A DNA stretch of 64,000 nt from Glaucostegus cemiculus (taxonomy: Eukaryota): the NCBI GenBank assembly GCA_976551045.1, contig CDPCPM010000137.1, positions 248,001 through 312,000 on the forward strand. The letters run 5' to 3'. The notes under the pieces are model-generated. The model was not told the origin of the DNA, made no database searches, and saw only the letters and a list, made by a program, of their open reading frames with translations. Both the position numbers and the translations under genes were made by a program. Positions 26,555 through 39,544 of the stretch are shown here, piece after piece. Position 1 is the first letter of the stretch; every line of letters starts with the position of its first letter.

Positions 26555-27180
26555 TGTTACGAAGTACTTACTATTGGCAAATATCCCTTTAAGATGGACA
26601 TTTTATGTGTGTGTGCAATGTATTATGTCAACAGGAGACTAACATGATGAGGTCATTACAAGAAAGAAAAAGAGAGGGGAGAGAGAGAGAGAGAGAGACA
26701 AACAGACAGAGAGAGAGAAGAAGGAGAGACGACAGCCTGTTTTGTTTCTGTCGATGGATGAAAGACAGTAACTGTGTTTGTCACTAAAATCTGTGGATGG
26801 ATTTCTGGAGTAGTCCAGTGGAGTTCACTTTGTCGGTAACCTGTAGAAGGACACAGGTGTTTGCGTGGACAGCCACATTTTGGATGCTCTTCAGAGTGGC
26901 AGATACTGTGGAACAAAGTGACAGAATTCACTTTGCTGCTAACCTGTAGAAGAACACAGGTATTTGCATGGACAGTCACGATCCAGGAGTTTTCGGGGTG
27001 AGAAAGTCACTACCGAGTTAGCCCTGAAGTGTCGTTTGAGTTCGAGTGGAACATCCGGATTTCGTGATTCCTCTCTAATCTCTCTCTATATCTATGTTTT
27101 GTCTTCGGTGGACGGTGCTTGTGAAGAAACCTTTATTCATGTTTCATCTTATGGCTTACTGAACTGAATTTTAAGTTGTC
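26555..27180 (+). mobile_element. LTR-like fragment (starts TGTTAC; GA-rich tract; internal tandem duplication)
   Basis: TG start at 26555, (GA)n at 26660-26730, duplicated block aacctgtagaag.acacagg..tttgc.tggacag.cac at about 26838 and 26941. No CA end was found, so the LTR identity is inferred. Confidence 0.45.
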
Positions 27181-28395
27181 AACCTTGTCAAAGAAAGACT
27201 TTGGGATAAAAATTGGAATCGCTTGAAATAAATATAAAAATTTTGGTAAGATATTCATCTTAATTGCATTACTTCGGCCTACCAATGATAAAGACAGTGG
27301 AGACCATTTAGTAAGCGATTGTTTAACTTGGTTAAATAAAAGTAAAAAATTAGCTTTAAATAAATCCTTATGTTTATTAGTAATTTTAACACCTAAATAC
27401 ATAAAATAATCAGTTACCAATCTAAAGGGTAACTGGGTATAAATTGAGGTTTTCATATTCAGTGGAAAAAGTTCACTCTTATTAAGATTTAGTCTATAAC
27501 CAGAAAAACCACTGAATTGATCTAATAATAATAGTACTGCGGGGATCGATTCATCTGGATTAGAAATATAAAGTAATAAGTCATCTGCATAAAGAGATAT
27601 CTTATGAGTCTTTTGTCCACAAATAATACCACATATATTTAAAGAGTCTCAGATTGCAATAGCCAAAGGTTCTAAAGCAATATTGAATAATAAGGGGCTT
27701 AACGGACAACCTTGCCTAGTACCACGAAAGAGCCTAAAAAAAGGAGATCTTTGATTATTAGTGAGTACTGAAGCCATTGGTGTATAATAAATCATTTTAA
27801 TCGCAGATATAAATTTAGGGCTGAAATTAAATTTTTGAAGTGTAGTGAATAAATAATCCCATTCAACTCTGTCAAATGCTTTTTCAGCATCTAGAGAAAC
27901 AACACATTCTGGAATTTGAAATGAAGGAGTATATATAATATTCATTCATCTCCTAATATTAAAATGTAAATAACGATTCTGGATAAATCCTGTCTGATCT
28001 TCAGAAATGATTTGTGGGAGAACTTTTTCAAGCCTAAGGGCCAATAGTTTGGAAAATATTTTAAAATCTACATTTAATAAAGATATAGGCCTGTACGATG
28101 CACAATCAGTGGGATCTTTATCCTTTTTAAGAATTAAAGAAATAGTTGCTTCATAAAAAGATTGTGGTAACTTGCCCACTGATAAAGCATCTTTAAAAAT
28201 TTTGACTAACCAGGGAACAAGAATATCAGAAAATGATTTAAAAAATTCACCTGTATATCCATCAGGACCTGGTGCTTTACCCGATTTCATTGAAAATATC
28301 ACATTCCTTATTTCTTCTTCTAAAATGGGAGCATCTAATATAGAACATGCACATAAAGAAAGTTGAGGAATCTTCAAACCTCTTAAAAATTCATA
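27180..28395 (-). mobile_element. L1-clade LINE internal ORF2 (RT) fragment
   Basis: KAPGPDG, YRPISLLN, LDAEKAFDRVEW, GTRQGCPLSPLLF and YADD motifs; two in-frame TGA stops (27946-48, 27649-51). Confidence 0.92.
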
Positions 28396-29145
28396 GAGAA
28401 GTGCAGTCCTAACAACACTCAAGACGTTCAATACCATCCATGGCAAAGCAACCACCACCTGACTGCCTCCTCATCCCCCATCACCTTAAGCATTAATTTC
28501 AGCCTCTTGTACTGTGTGGGGACTTGATTTGTGGCCACATTTCCAACCTGTGAACTGTCCTGCTTGTGAACAGTTCACAGAACAAAACCTGCTGTAACCT
28601 GGGGAGGACCTGTACCTGGAATACAGAGTGCAGTACTGGTCTAACTGAAAAGAGAAGTGCAATAGTTATTTATTTGATAAGCTTTTTTAATTATATTACA
28701 GCGCAAAGAAAGAGAAAGGAAAAACAGAAGGGAAAATATAGATACTATTGTATTTTGGGATTACAAATAGTGGGAACCACCTTTCTATTTGAGTTTTAGG
28801 AAAATGGCAGACGAAGTTGTGCAGTTGCTTTGTTACACTAATGTGCAGTAACACTATGGAAGAGTTGGAAGTACGTTTTGTGATGTTGTATAGTGCGTGA
28901 CCAGCAATAAGTGCAGTTGATGACAACTTGCGGTTTAAATTTCTGTTAAAATACCCCAAAAATGCGCATTCTAAGAATATTCTTACAAATGTGGTAAAAA
29001 GAATATGCAAATGATATTTTTGACTTCTATGAGTTTCATTTTTCTTTTAAAAATGGAAGGTTTTGAGTTTAATCAGTTTCAAGTCCGCAACTACAACTGA
29101 ATGGTACAATGCAGCATAATCCACAGTCTGCTCCAAAATGCATTA

Positions 29146-31045
29146 CAGTTGGCAACAAGGGAAACCTCCAGTTCTGATAAAAATCAGCAACGTTGGGAAA
29201 ATTGCACCTCCAAGAGATCGGTTAGAGATAGGGATAGAGGTGTTCAATTGCTCTTCACACAGCAGGGGTGTCTGAAAATTGCACCTGCTGATTTCAAAGT
29301 AAAATAATCAAAGTTGGTCTGTGTCATTGTGGGTCATGTTAGAACACAGGAGGCTTGAGTACTATGAATGGGAAAGGAAAGAAAACAATGGCCCAAACAG
29401 AAGCAGGCTTCAATGGCAGCCTGAGGGTGTACACAGAAAGTAGAGCTGAGAACACACAAACATTGAGGCAGAGCAAGAATGATTTTCCACTGAATTTTCT
29501 TTGAAACATATTTTCAATCAGGTAGCTCTGCAGAAAGCCGAAGCTGTCAGGTTAAATGAATTTTTCAACTCTCAGGCATTTGAGATAATGGAGAGCTTTA
29601 TGTCCAGCACACATAAATCAGAGGAGAAGAAACTAGGAATGATCATATTGTTGCAGTGAAAGACCTGTGAAAGCATTGCATCTTTGGAGTTTTTAAGTGA
29701 CACACTTTTGGTTGTAATTTCAAGGAGGCTGCAGCTAAAGATTGCCAAAGAATTCTGTCCTTCACCAACTGTAATGTACTGGGAACCTGCAGTCTAAGGA
29801 CAACTTGCAAAACTTGATTTTTTATTAATTAACAAAGAAATCAAAGGCTGTGCATGCTTAAAGAAAGAATACACATCAACCTGTAAATTCAAGTGCAAAG
29901 TAACAGATAAATGCACTGTTTCTAATGTCACACTGGTGCAGAGAGAATAGTTCTGTCTTAAGTCACACAGAGTGAATCTGATAAATATTACACCTGCTGC
30001 AGATGTATAGCATCCATACTTCAAGCAACTATGGTATAAATTCACTGTCATGGTTGATGGCAAGTTATCAGTGATGCAAAATGAGACAGCTACAGAATAT
30101 TCCATCTTAGAGAAGATTCCTACAGCAAACAGGTCATTCATATCCCCCATACCAAGAAACAGATTCTGTCTCAAGAATTATTCAGAAATAAAGGATTTTG
30201 GTGAAATGCAATGCATGGTTTGCTACAATAGTTGGTGTGTTGAGTCACCTTAGTGTAACGCTATTACATTGCCAGCAACGCGGGTCCAATTCAGACCACT
30301 GTCTGTAAGGAGTTTGTCCGTTCTCCCCATGTCTGCATGGGTTTCCTCCGGGTGCTCTGGTTTCCTCCCACCTTCCAAAGACGTACGGGTTAGGAAGTTG
30401 TGGGCATGCTATGTTGGTGCCGGAAGCGTGGCGACACTTGTGGGCTGCCCACAGAACACTTGACACAAAAGATGCATTTCACTGTGTGTTTCAATGTACA
30501 TGTGACTAATAAAAATATCTTATCTTAATTGTGGTAGACTACCAAATGTCTAACTCTTGGCAAGGCTTGGCTTGCAAACTTGAAATTCATTGGGAAGGAC
30601 GTATTCAGCTTTCATATAGATTCACCAAAGTTACATTCAGAGACACTGTTGGCCAATATAATGACATCTTCTAAGACCCCTGCATGGGAAACACTGGAAA
30701 AAAATGAATTCAACCTGCTGTTAAACCAGTTTACTGTAGCCCATGGCCAGTTCCTTATTCCTTGAAGACCCAACAGCTTGAGAAGTTGGAAAGAAAAGGA
30801 GTTTTAATTAAATTAACTCATGATGATTGGGGAGCATTAGTAGCATTTGAAGTAGCAGATAAAACACTAGGATTTGTGAAATGACTACAAAGTAACCTGA
30901 AATCAGACAGTCAATAATGAACAGTATTCCTTGTTGTACAGGATCCAAGTCTTTTACAAAACTTGATTTGTCACAAATGTTTGTGCAGCTATACCTAGAT
31001 GAGGTCTGTCAAAAGTAAGTCACAATCAATACATCTAAATCAAGT
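29146..31045 (+). mobile_element. degenerate Gypsy LTR-retrotransposon internal region (gag/pol)
   Basis: PBS-like tggcaacaagg at 29150; gag-like IVAVKDL*KHCIFG at 29647-29690; pol-like LGKAWLANLK, PVPYSLK and GSKSFTKLDLSQ...VTINT at 30550-31035. Confidence 0.7.
30250..30526 (+). mobile_element. V-domain SINE inserted in the Gypsy remnant
   Basis: Same family as 649-924. Confidence 0.88.
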
Positions 31046-31619
31046 TTCAGTATTGAGTCAAATTCTCAGAGATTTTTCATAGGCAGAATCAAGCAGGCCA
31101 CAGATAATTATTAGTTCAATTTTATCATTCCAGTAACTGCAGAGAACAATCCATGTATCCTGAAAGAAGTGCTTAAGCTCCTCTTCCATCACACAGTGAA
31201 ACCAAAAGGTGTCTCTGAGGAGCCTGAGTGGTGTCACTTAGTCTGAAAGTAGATACTGAAGGGCTATTCAAGACAATGTTGATGTTATGAAAGTCAAACA
31301 TTCAGAGAAACTTGCAGAACAGTTAGTGCATCATCACCTTCATGTGAGTGAGCTTGGTATAGTCCAATTTAAATGGGAGAGTGGAGAGGCAGGAACTGAA
31401 GCAAAGGTCAATAACTTCAGGCAAAAATTCCAATTCTGATAGGTGAAAGAGTCAGTCACCAGACCAGTGAGCAAGTATAAGACACAGTGAGGGGACCTCT
31501 GTGAAGTAGTCCAAGTCTGTCGCCCAGAAAGGAACTTGGTATGTATTGGAAAGAAGGTAAAACTCCATCATGAAGTGCTTTTGGGGGCTGCTCATGGCAC
31601 CTAGTCAACCTCAGATTCA

Positions 31620-33660
31620 CAGTGAGCGCCATCTCCCAGGCCCTACACTCATCTCTGGAGCACCGGAAAAAAAACCTCACCTACAACAGACTACTATTTA
31701 CTGACTACATCTCCACCTTCAGTACCATAATTCCAAACAAACACATTTCCAAACTCCTAGACCTGAGACTCAACACCTCCTTTTGCAATTGGCTCCTTGA
31801 CTTTCTGACCAACAGACCATAATCAGCAACACCTCTGCCATGATTATTCTCAACACTGGTGCATCCTCAGTCCCCTATGTTACTCCCTATAAACTCATGA
31901 CTGCGTGGCCATATTCTGCTCTAATTACATCTACAAGCTTGCAAGTGACATCTCTGTAGTGGGACAGATCTCAAATAATGATGAGTCAGAGTACAGGAAG
32001 GAAACAGAGAGTCTAGTGACATGGTGTCATGACAACCTTTCCCTCGATGTCAGCAAAACAAAAGAGCTGGTCATTGACCTTGGGAAGTGGGGCAAAGCAC
32101 ACACCCTTATTTGTATTAATGGTGCAAGGGTGGTGATGGCTGAGGGCTTCAAGTCCCAAGGTGTAAACATCACCAATTGCCTGTCCTAGAACATAGAACT
32201 TGGATACCTACAGCACAATTCAGGCCCTTCGGCCCACAAAGCTGTGCCAAACATGTCCCTACACTATTAGGCTTACCCATAGCCTTCTGTCTTATTTACC
32301 TCCATGTACCTATCCAACAGTCTCTTGAAAGACCCTATCGTATCCGCCTCCACCACCATCTCTGGCAGCCTATTCCATGCACTCACCACTCTCTGAGTAA
32401 AAAACTTACCCCTAACATTACCCTATATCTTCCCCCCAGCACCTTAAATCTATGTCCTCTTGTGGCCAACGTTTCAGCCCCTGGGGAAAAGCCTCTGACT
32501 ATCTACCCTATCAATACCTCTCATCATCTTATACACCTCAATCAGGTTCCTCCTCATCCTCCTTCTCTTCAAGGAGAAAGGGCCGGGTTCCCGCAACCTG
32601 CTCTTATAAGGCACGCTCCTCATTCCAGGCAGCATCCTCGTAAGCCTCCTCTGCACTCTCTCTATAGCTTCCACATCCTTCCTGTGAGGCGACCAGAACT
32701 GAACACAATACTCCAGGTGGGGTCTGACCAGGGACCTATACAACTGAAGCAATACCTCCCGACTCCTAAATTCAATCCCTCAACCGATGAAGGACAATAC
32801 ACCATATGCCTTCCTAACCACAGAGACAACCTGCGCAGCCGCCTTGAGCGTCCTATGGACTCGGACCCCAAGATCCCTCTGATCCTCCACACTGCGAAGA
32901 GTCTTACCATTAATTCTATATTCCGCCAACCTATTTGACCTACCAAAATGAACCACTTCACATTTATCTGGGTTGAACTGCATCTGCCATTTCTCATGGC
33001 ATCTCCTGGTCCAACCATGTAGAATCCATGGCCAAGAAAGCCACCAGCACCTCTACTTCCTCAGAAAGCTAAGGAAATTCAGCATGTCCCCATTGACTGT
33101 CACCAATTTTTATAGATGCACCATAGAAAACATCCTATTCAGATGTATCATGGCTTGGTACGGCAACTGTTTTCTCAGGGACCGCAAGAAGCTGCAGAGA
33201 GTTGTGGACACAGCTCAGCACATCATGAAAACCAGCCTCCCCTCCATGGACTCTGTCTACCCTTCTCGCTGCCTTGGAAAAGCAGCCAATATAGTCAAAG
33301 ACCCCTCCCACACCAGACATTCTCTCTTTCTCCTCCCTTCTGCTGGGCAGAAGATACGAAAGCTTGAAACAAGCACCACCAGGCTCAAGGACAGGTTCTA
33401 TTCTGCTGTTATAAAACTATTGAATGGACCTCTTGTACATTAAGATGGACTCTTGACCTCACAATCTACCTTGTTATGGCCTTGCACCTTATTGTCCTCC
33501 TGCACTGCACTTTCTCCGTAACTGTAACACTATATTCTGCACTCTGTTATTGTTTTTCCTTTGTACTGCCACGGTGTACTGATGTTGTGAAGTGATTTGT
33601 ATGGATGGCATGCAAAACAAAGTTTATCACTGTACCTCAGTATATGTGACAATAATAAGC
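31620..33660 (+). mobile_element. Rex1/Babar-type LINE (RT to 3'UTR), split by a CR1 insertion at 32189-32996
   Basis: LLFTDYISTFSTIIP, CNWLLDFLTNRP, WCHDNLSLDVSKTKEL, then HLYFLRKLRKF...AWYGNC after the insert. Confidence 0.85.
32189..32996 (-). mobile_element. young CR1 LINE 3' fragment
   Basis: MQFNPDKCEVVHFG and LVRPHLEYCVQFWSP peptides; tail agaacatagaac at 32189. Confidence 0.9.
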
Positions 33661-33769
33661 CAATATGTCTATGTAGAGATATGTCCATAAAGAGATATTC
33701 CTCAAGGCCATGACATTATGTGTGATGATGAATCTATTCTAATGTTGATATTGAAGTGTCACTGAATAG

Positions 33770-34050
33770 TTGTCATTGGTGTTTCTAAAATACTTTGATA
33801 TTCTTAGCAAAATTGTTTTAATTTTTCCCAAATCCATGATGCAAAACTTATGTGAAATCGAGATATTCAAAGTACTCTCACTGCCTGACAAGATTGCAAT
33901 TTCAATATGTTTTTGCACACTGAGGATTATGAGATATAGGATTAGGCAGGAAAGTGGGTTTGAGGAGCAGGTTGAGCCACAAGTTTATTGAAAGATGGAG
34001 CAGGCTTGAGAGACCAGATGATCTACTCTTGCTTCCTTTTCTTACGTTCA
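33770..34050 (+). mobile_element. degenerate CR1 3' tail
   Basis: Ends in gagcaggcttgagagaccagatgatctactcttgcttcct, like the tail at 8500-8545. Confidence 0.5.
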
Positions 34051-34685
34051 AATTGGACAATAGGTAAAATCCCCTCTGCTTTACAACCTGCCTGGAATGA
34101 AGGAAGCAAAAAGGTAACCATTGTAATTATACAGATCGTTCAGTCAACATCACTTTCACTGGTATGACACTGGAGGCCATATAACTTGCTGGAAAGGCCT
34201 TTGTTTCACGCCCTCATCAGCACCAAGTGAGGTTCCTGCAGGCAGGTCAGCACTAGGGGGTGCTATTGTTCAAATTAAAATAAGGAAGGGCCAAACGGCT
34301 GGGGTTTTACACAAGTGAAGCAAACATTTTCCTACTTAGGTTTAACCAGGCAGTCAATGTTTTCTTACAAGACATTCTACTCATTAGTGTTAGCATCTGT
34401 CACTTCGATTAACTTAAGATTCCTAGAGCATATGAAGCAATTTAGGCAGCAGTGCAAGGAATGCTTTCAAGGAAAATTATATCAGCTTGCCATTCGAAGA
34501 GTCAGTATTGTGGCTCAGAACTAACACAGCAACAACAGAGAGCCTTCGAAACCTTAAATTGTAGGAAACTATTAGACAAATACTCAGCCAAGCTGTTCCA
34601 CCTCTAACATGCCATTATAGCTGCTCTATTCATTAATTATGTCACATATGCATTAAAAGTCATCATGTTAGCAAACAACAGTAAA

Positions 34686-35030
34686 AATGCACAATGCTGG
34701 AAATTCAGCAGATAAAGCAGCACCTCTGAAGATAAACAGGTTAACATTTCAGGTCAGTGACCTTTCATCAGAACTGAAGAAAGATCCTGGAAGAAGTCAT
34801 AAAGATTTGCTATGAAAGCCTTGGGTTCAATCCATCACTGGCCCTGAGCAGGCTTAATGAGAGCTTAAACCCAAGGTTTTAAGAGCCAAACTATATCTTC
34901 CATTCCTGATGAAAGACCTTTGACCTGAAACATTACCACTGTTTCTCTCTCCACAGATGCTGTCTAGTTTGCCAAGAACTTCTAGCATTTTATTTATTAT
35001 TTCAAATTTCCAACATTTGCAATTTTTTTT
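34686..35030. mobile_element. inverted pair of Penelope-like terminal repeats with hammerhead-like cores
   Basis: 34686-34775 is the imperfect reverse complement of 34903-34990; both contain CTGATGA-stem-GAAA. Confidence 0.65.
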
Positions 35031-35199
35031 TATTGGTAAACAGCAGATTATTTCAGCTAAAGAAGTCAAAACTGCTCTTTTTTATGTAAATTATTTTATC
35101 TATTTAAAGCTCTTAGCAGTCTTGGAGACTCAACAGTCTGGGTTTTTGGTCTAATCAATGATGTTGAAATATGTATTGCTTTTCAAATTAAACACTCTC

Positions 35200-38093
35200 A
35201 CACAAGATAATGGAGCAGAAGCAGGCCAGTTGGCCCATCGAGTCTGCTCCAAAGGGAAGGGAGGGTGGGGAAAAAAGAGGATAAGAGAAAAAATAAAAAT
35301 AAAAACCTATTCTAAGTCCAAATCCCTACCTTATCTCCATATCCCTTGATATATTGACCAATTAGATATCTATCTATTTCCTTCTTGAATATCCCCAATG
35401 ATCTGGCTTCCACTGCTTTCTGTGGTAAGGAGTTCCACAGGTTCACCACCCTCTGGCTAAAGAAATTCCTCCTTATCTCTGTTTTGAACCTGCTTCCTCT
35501 AATTCTAAGGTTGTGTCCTCTAGTCCTGGATTCCCCCACCAAGGGAAACAGCTTGACCACATTCACTTGGTCCATTCCTTTCAACATCTTGTATGTTTCT
35601 ATTAGGTCCCCTCTCATTCTTCTGTACTCCAACGAGTACAGTCCAAGTGACGACAGTCGCTCATCATATGTAAACTTTTTCATCCCAGGAATCATCCTAG
35701 TAAATCTCCTCTGAACCCTCTCCAACATCAGCACATCCCTCCTAAGGTATGGGGCCCAAAACTGCACACAGTACTCCAAGTGAGGCCTCACCAGTGTCCC
35801 GTATAGCCTCATCAACACTTCCTTGCTTTTATATACTATACCCCTCGAAATAAATGCCAACATAACATTTGCTTTCCTTACTGCCGATCCAACCTGGCGG
35901 TTAACCTTTAGGTTATCCTGTACGAGCACCCCTAAGTCCCTTTGTACTTCTGTGCTTCCAATTTTATCTCCTTCTAGATAATAGTCTGCCCGTCCATTTC
36001 TACTTCCGAAGTGTACAACTGCACATTTTTCCACGTTGAACCTCATCTGCCATTTCTTTGCCCATTCTCCTAGAATATCCAAGTCTCTCTGTAACTTTCC
36101 TGTCCCCTCAATACTCTCCACTCCCCTCCCAATCTTAGTGTCATCTGCAAACTTGGCCACAAACCCATTAACTCCTTCGTCTAAATCATTAATATACAAG
36201 GTAAAAAGAAGGGGCCCCAACGCCGACCCCTGCAGAACACCACTAGTAACCGGCAGCCAACCAGAACATGAACCTTTTATTCCCACCCTCTGTTTCCTGC
36301 CATCCAGCCAACGCTCCACCCATTCTGTTATCCTGCCTGTTATTCCGTGATCTCTCATCTTACTAATTAGTCTTTTGTGCGGCACCTTGTCGAATGCCTT
36401 CTGAAAGTCTAAATACACTACATCTACGGCCTCTCCCTTGTCCACCCTGCCTGAGATTTCTTCAAAAAACTCCAATAAATTGGTCAGGCAGGATCTTCTC
36501 TTCATGAACCCATGTTGACTAGGACCTATCTTGCCTTGCACCTCCATGTATCCCATCACCTCGTCCTTGAGGATCGATTCTAGTATCTTCCCCACCACAG
36601 ACGTAAGACTGATAGGTCTGTAATTTCCTTTGTGCTGTCTCCCACCTTTCTTATACAATGGAACTACATTCGCGACCCTCCAGTCCTCCGGAACCTCTCC
36701 AGCGTCTATCGATTCCTGAAAAATTATCACTAATGCCTCCACTATTTCTAAAGCTACTTCCTTCAGTACACGGGGATGTATCTCATCCGGTCCCGGAGAC
36801 TTATCAGTCTTTAACCCATTTAGCTTCCCCAACACTTTCTCTCTCGTAACCTTAACTGTACTTAATTCCGTCCCTCGAGACCCTTGACTAACCGGTATAT
36901 TGTTAATATCTTCCACCGTGAAGACCGACCCAAAATACTGATTTAGCACCTCCGCCATCTCTTTATCATCCATAATAATCTCTCCCGCATCATTTTCTAT
37001 CGGTCCTATATCAACCCGCGTCTCTCTTTTACTTCTTATATATTTAAAAAAACTCTTAGTATCCTTTTGAATGTTCTCTGCCAATTTCATTTCATAATTT
37101 CTCTTTTCTTTTCTAATGACCTTCTTAGTTTCTTTCTGTAGGTTCTTAAAAGTTTCCCAGTCTTCTGTTTTCCCGCTTTTTCTTGCTTCCTTATATGCCC
37201 TCCCTTTTGCTCTTATTTTAGCTTTCACCTCTCTCGTTATCCACATTTGTGCCCTTTTTCCATTTAAAACCTTCTTTTTTCTTGGAATGTGTCTATCCTG
37301 CATTTTCCTTATTACTTGCTTAAATTCCACCCATTTATGTTCTGCCGTCCCTCCAGCAAGCTTATATTTCCAATCAATCTGGGCCAACTCTTCTCTCATC
37401 CTTCTGTAATTCCCCTTGTTCCACTGAAATGTCGACACTCCAGTCATCAGCTTCTCCTTTTCAAATATCATTCAGAACTCAATTATATTATGGTCACTAG
37501 TTCCTAATGGTTCCTTTACCCTTAGTTCTCTAATCACCTCCGGTTCATTACACAACACCCAATCCAAAACAACCGATCCCCTGGTGGGCTCATCAACAAG
37601 TTGTTCCAAAAAGCCGTCCTGTAAACATTCAACAAACTCGCTCTCCTGAGAACTGCTGCCTTGCTGGGTTTCCCAGTCCACCTTCATGTTAAAGTCACCC
37701 ATAATTATCTTAACATTGTCACTCTGACATGCCTTTTCTATCTCTAACCGCAACTTATGGTCTGCCTCCTGATTGCTATTAGGGGGCCTATATACAACAG
37801 CTACAACTGTCCTCTTACTCTTGCTATTCCTTAACTCCACCCATAAAGTTTCCACTTCATCTGACCTAATGTCCTTCCTTTCTATTGATTTTATCTCATT
37901 ACTAACCATCATGGCCACACCACCCCCTCTACCTTCCCGCCTATCTTTCCTATACACTGTGTACCCCTGGACATTGAGCTCCCAGTCACATCCATCATGC
38001 AGCCACGACTCAGTGATTGCCACAATGTCATATTTATTAATCTGCAGCTGTGCTACTAGGTCATCTGCCTTGTTCCTGATGCTACGTGCATTT
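35200..38093 (-). mobile_element. young CR1 LINE, almost complete ORF2 (APE endonuclease + RT) and 3'UTR, 5'-truncated
   Basis: NARSIRNK...AITESW...YRPPN...GDFN...SDH endonuclease (38093-37475), one TGA at 37472-74, then a 719-aa RT ORF with YLDFQKAFDKVPH and FADD. Possible TSD acacaa at 35200-05 and 38094-99. Confidence 0.95.
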
Positions 38094-39544
38094 ACACAAA
38101 GTAGACCTACAGTTTACTTTCATTCATTTAAACTCTCTTCATATTTCTCTTCTTACCTCCTCTCCATTTAATCACACATCTATATTGATTATTTACCACA
38201 TAATCACCCATCTTGCTTCTTTTCATGGAAATCCCTTCCAAAGGTTTTGCAATTATAAGTTAGAAGAAAACTGATATTCTTCAGTACCTGTGGAACTTAT
38301 AAAAATTCTAATGAAGTGTTTACTCACTATTTTGTTTCTTAGTCTCAGATCCTATAGGTGCTGTTTCTAGTTAAATAATTTTCAATTAAAACATTTATAA
38401 CTTTGCATCCATCTCTGAATTTAAGATCTTGCATTCAACCAATACAATTTCGATCAGCAAGTCTACATGGAGTGATCCAAATTCTTAGAGGAAAACTTTA
38501 TTTCACCTTCTTTCCTATTAAGACAATATGTTTCCAACAACCACACTACCAGCAACTCGCACTCTATTCCACAGTTTCCATCATTGGAAGTTGATTCTGT
38601 TATAGGTATGATTTAATAACTAATTTGAAACTATTAATCAGGCACGACTAAAGGTTTCACCTCTGCAGCAGGATTTGCAAACCTTATATTTTCAATTACA
38701 TATTACTGTAAGTGGAAGCAACCTCCCTTGGCTTCAGTATTTTGAACTTAGCTGCATGGCCAGTATCACATTCGAGCAACATGGTTCTTTGGGGGAAGAT
38801 GTTGGCTGCTTATTTAAAAACAGAATAAAGCCTGCTACTTTCAGTCACCTACTCAAAGAGATACTAGTTGCTGACTTGTTTGGTTCTCTCTACCGCCATT
38901 CAGAAGGCCAGAAGACATCCTTGTTGCAACTGTATAGGCAATGCCTCACAGCAATACTTCGTGAGTGAGCAATATAAAGTGCAGTAGAAAACCTCATCCT
39001 AACTGTAGAACAGAACCCTGAATGGTCTCCGAGTTATTGTGTTCAGTATTAAAACCATCTTTAAGAAATAAGTGTGCAAATTTTTAGAAGTACCATATTC
39101 TCTAGCATCCTTGAACTTGAAGAATATTTATATATAGTGTATAGAAACCATGTAGCAGTGGTAAATTAAAATAACAGTACAGGGAAAGTGAATTTGTGAA
39201 AAATGTTGAAAGAAATTCAATTCCTTTGTGCTGCTGTACATTGTGCAATTTTCCAACAGCAAACTGCTTTTGGGAAAATGTAGATTTTTCAGTGGCTTTC
39301 TCCCAAGTTACTCCAGCTGTTCCTTTTCCTCACTATAAACCCTGTGCGCAACTAACCGGAGGGTTCTGGATAAACATGCAGCATCCACCCAGCCCTTCCG
39401 GCCAAGTGGGCCAGAGACAGATGTCTGACAGGCCGTACGTTGTACGCCACAGCATTAGAACTTTCAGCGTCTTTCCTGAGACTGCGCGTGACATTTAGCT
39501 CAGAGTATATTCATATGGTTCCAATAATAGAACACAGAATATCA

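Noticed and set aside
28696-29010. 104-aa minus-strand ORF with an acceptor-like site at about 28943; short plus-strand MADEVVQLL ORF
   Set aside because: No recognisable homology or partner exons; may be LTR or UTR sequence.
32177-32938. 253-aa plus-strand ORF
   Set aside because: Antisense frame of the CR1 insertion.
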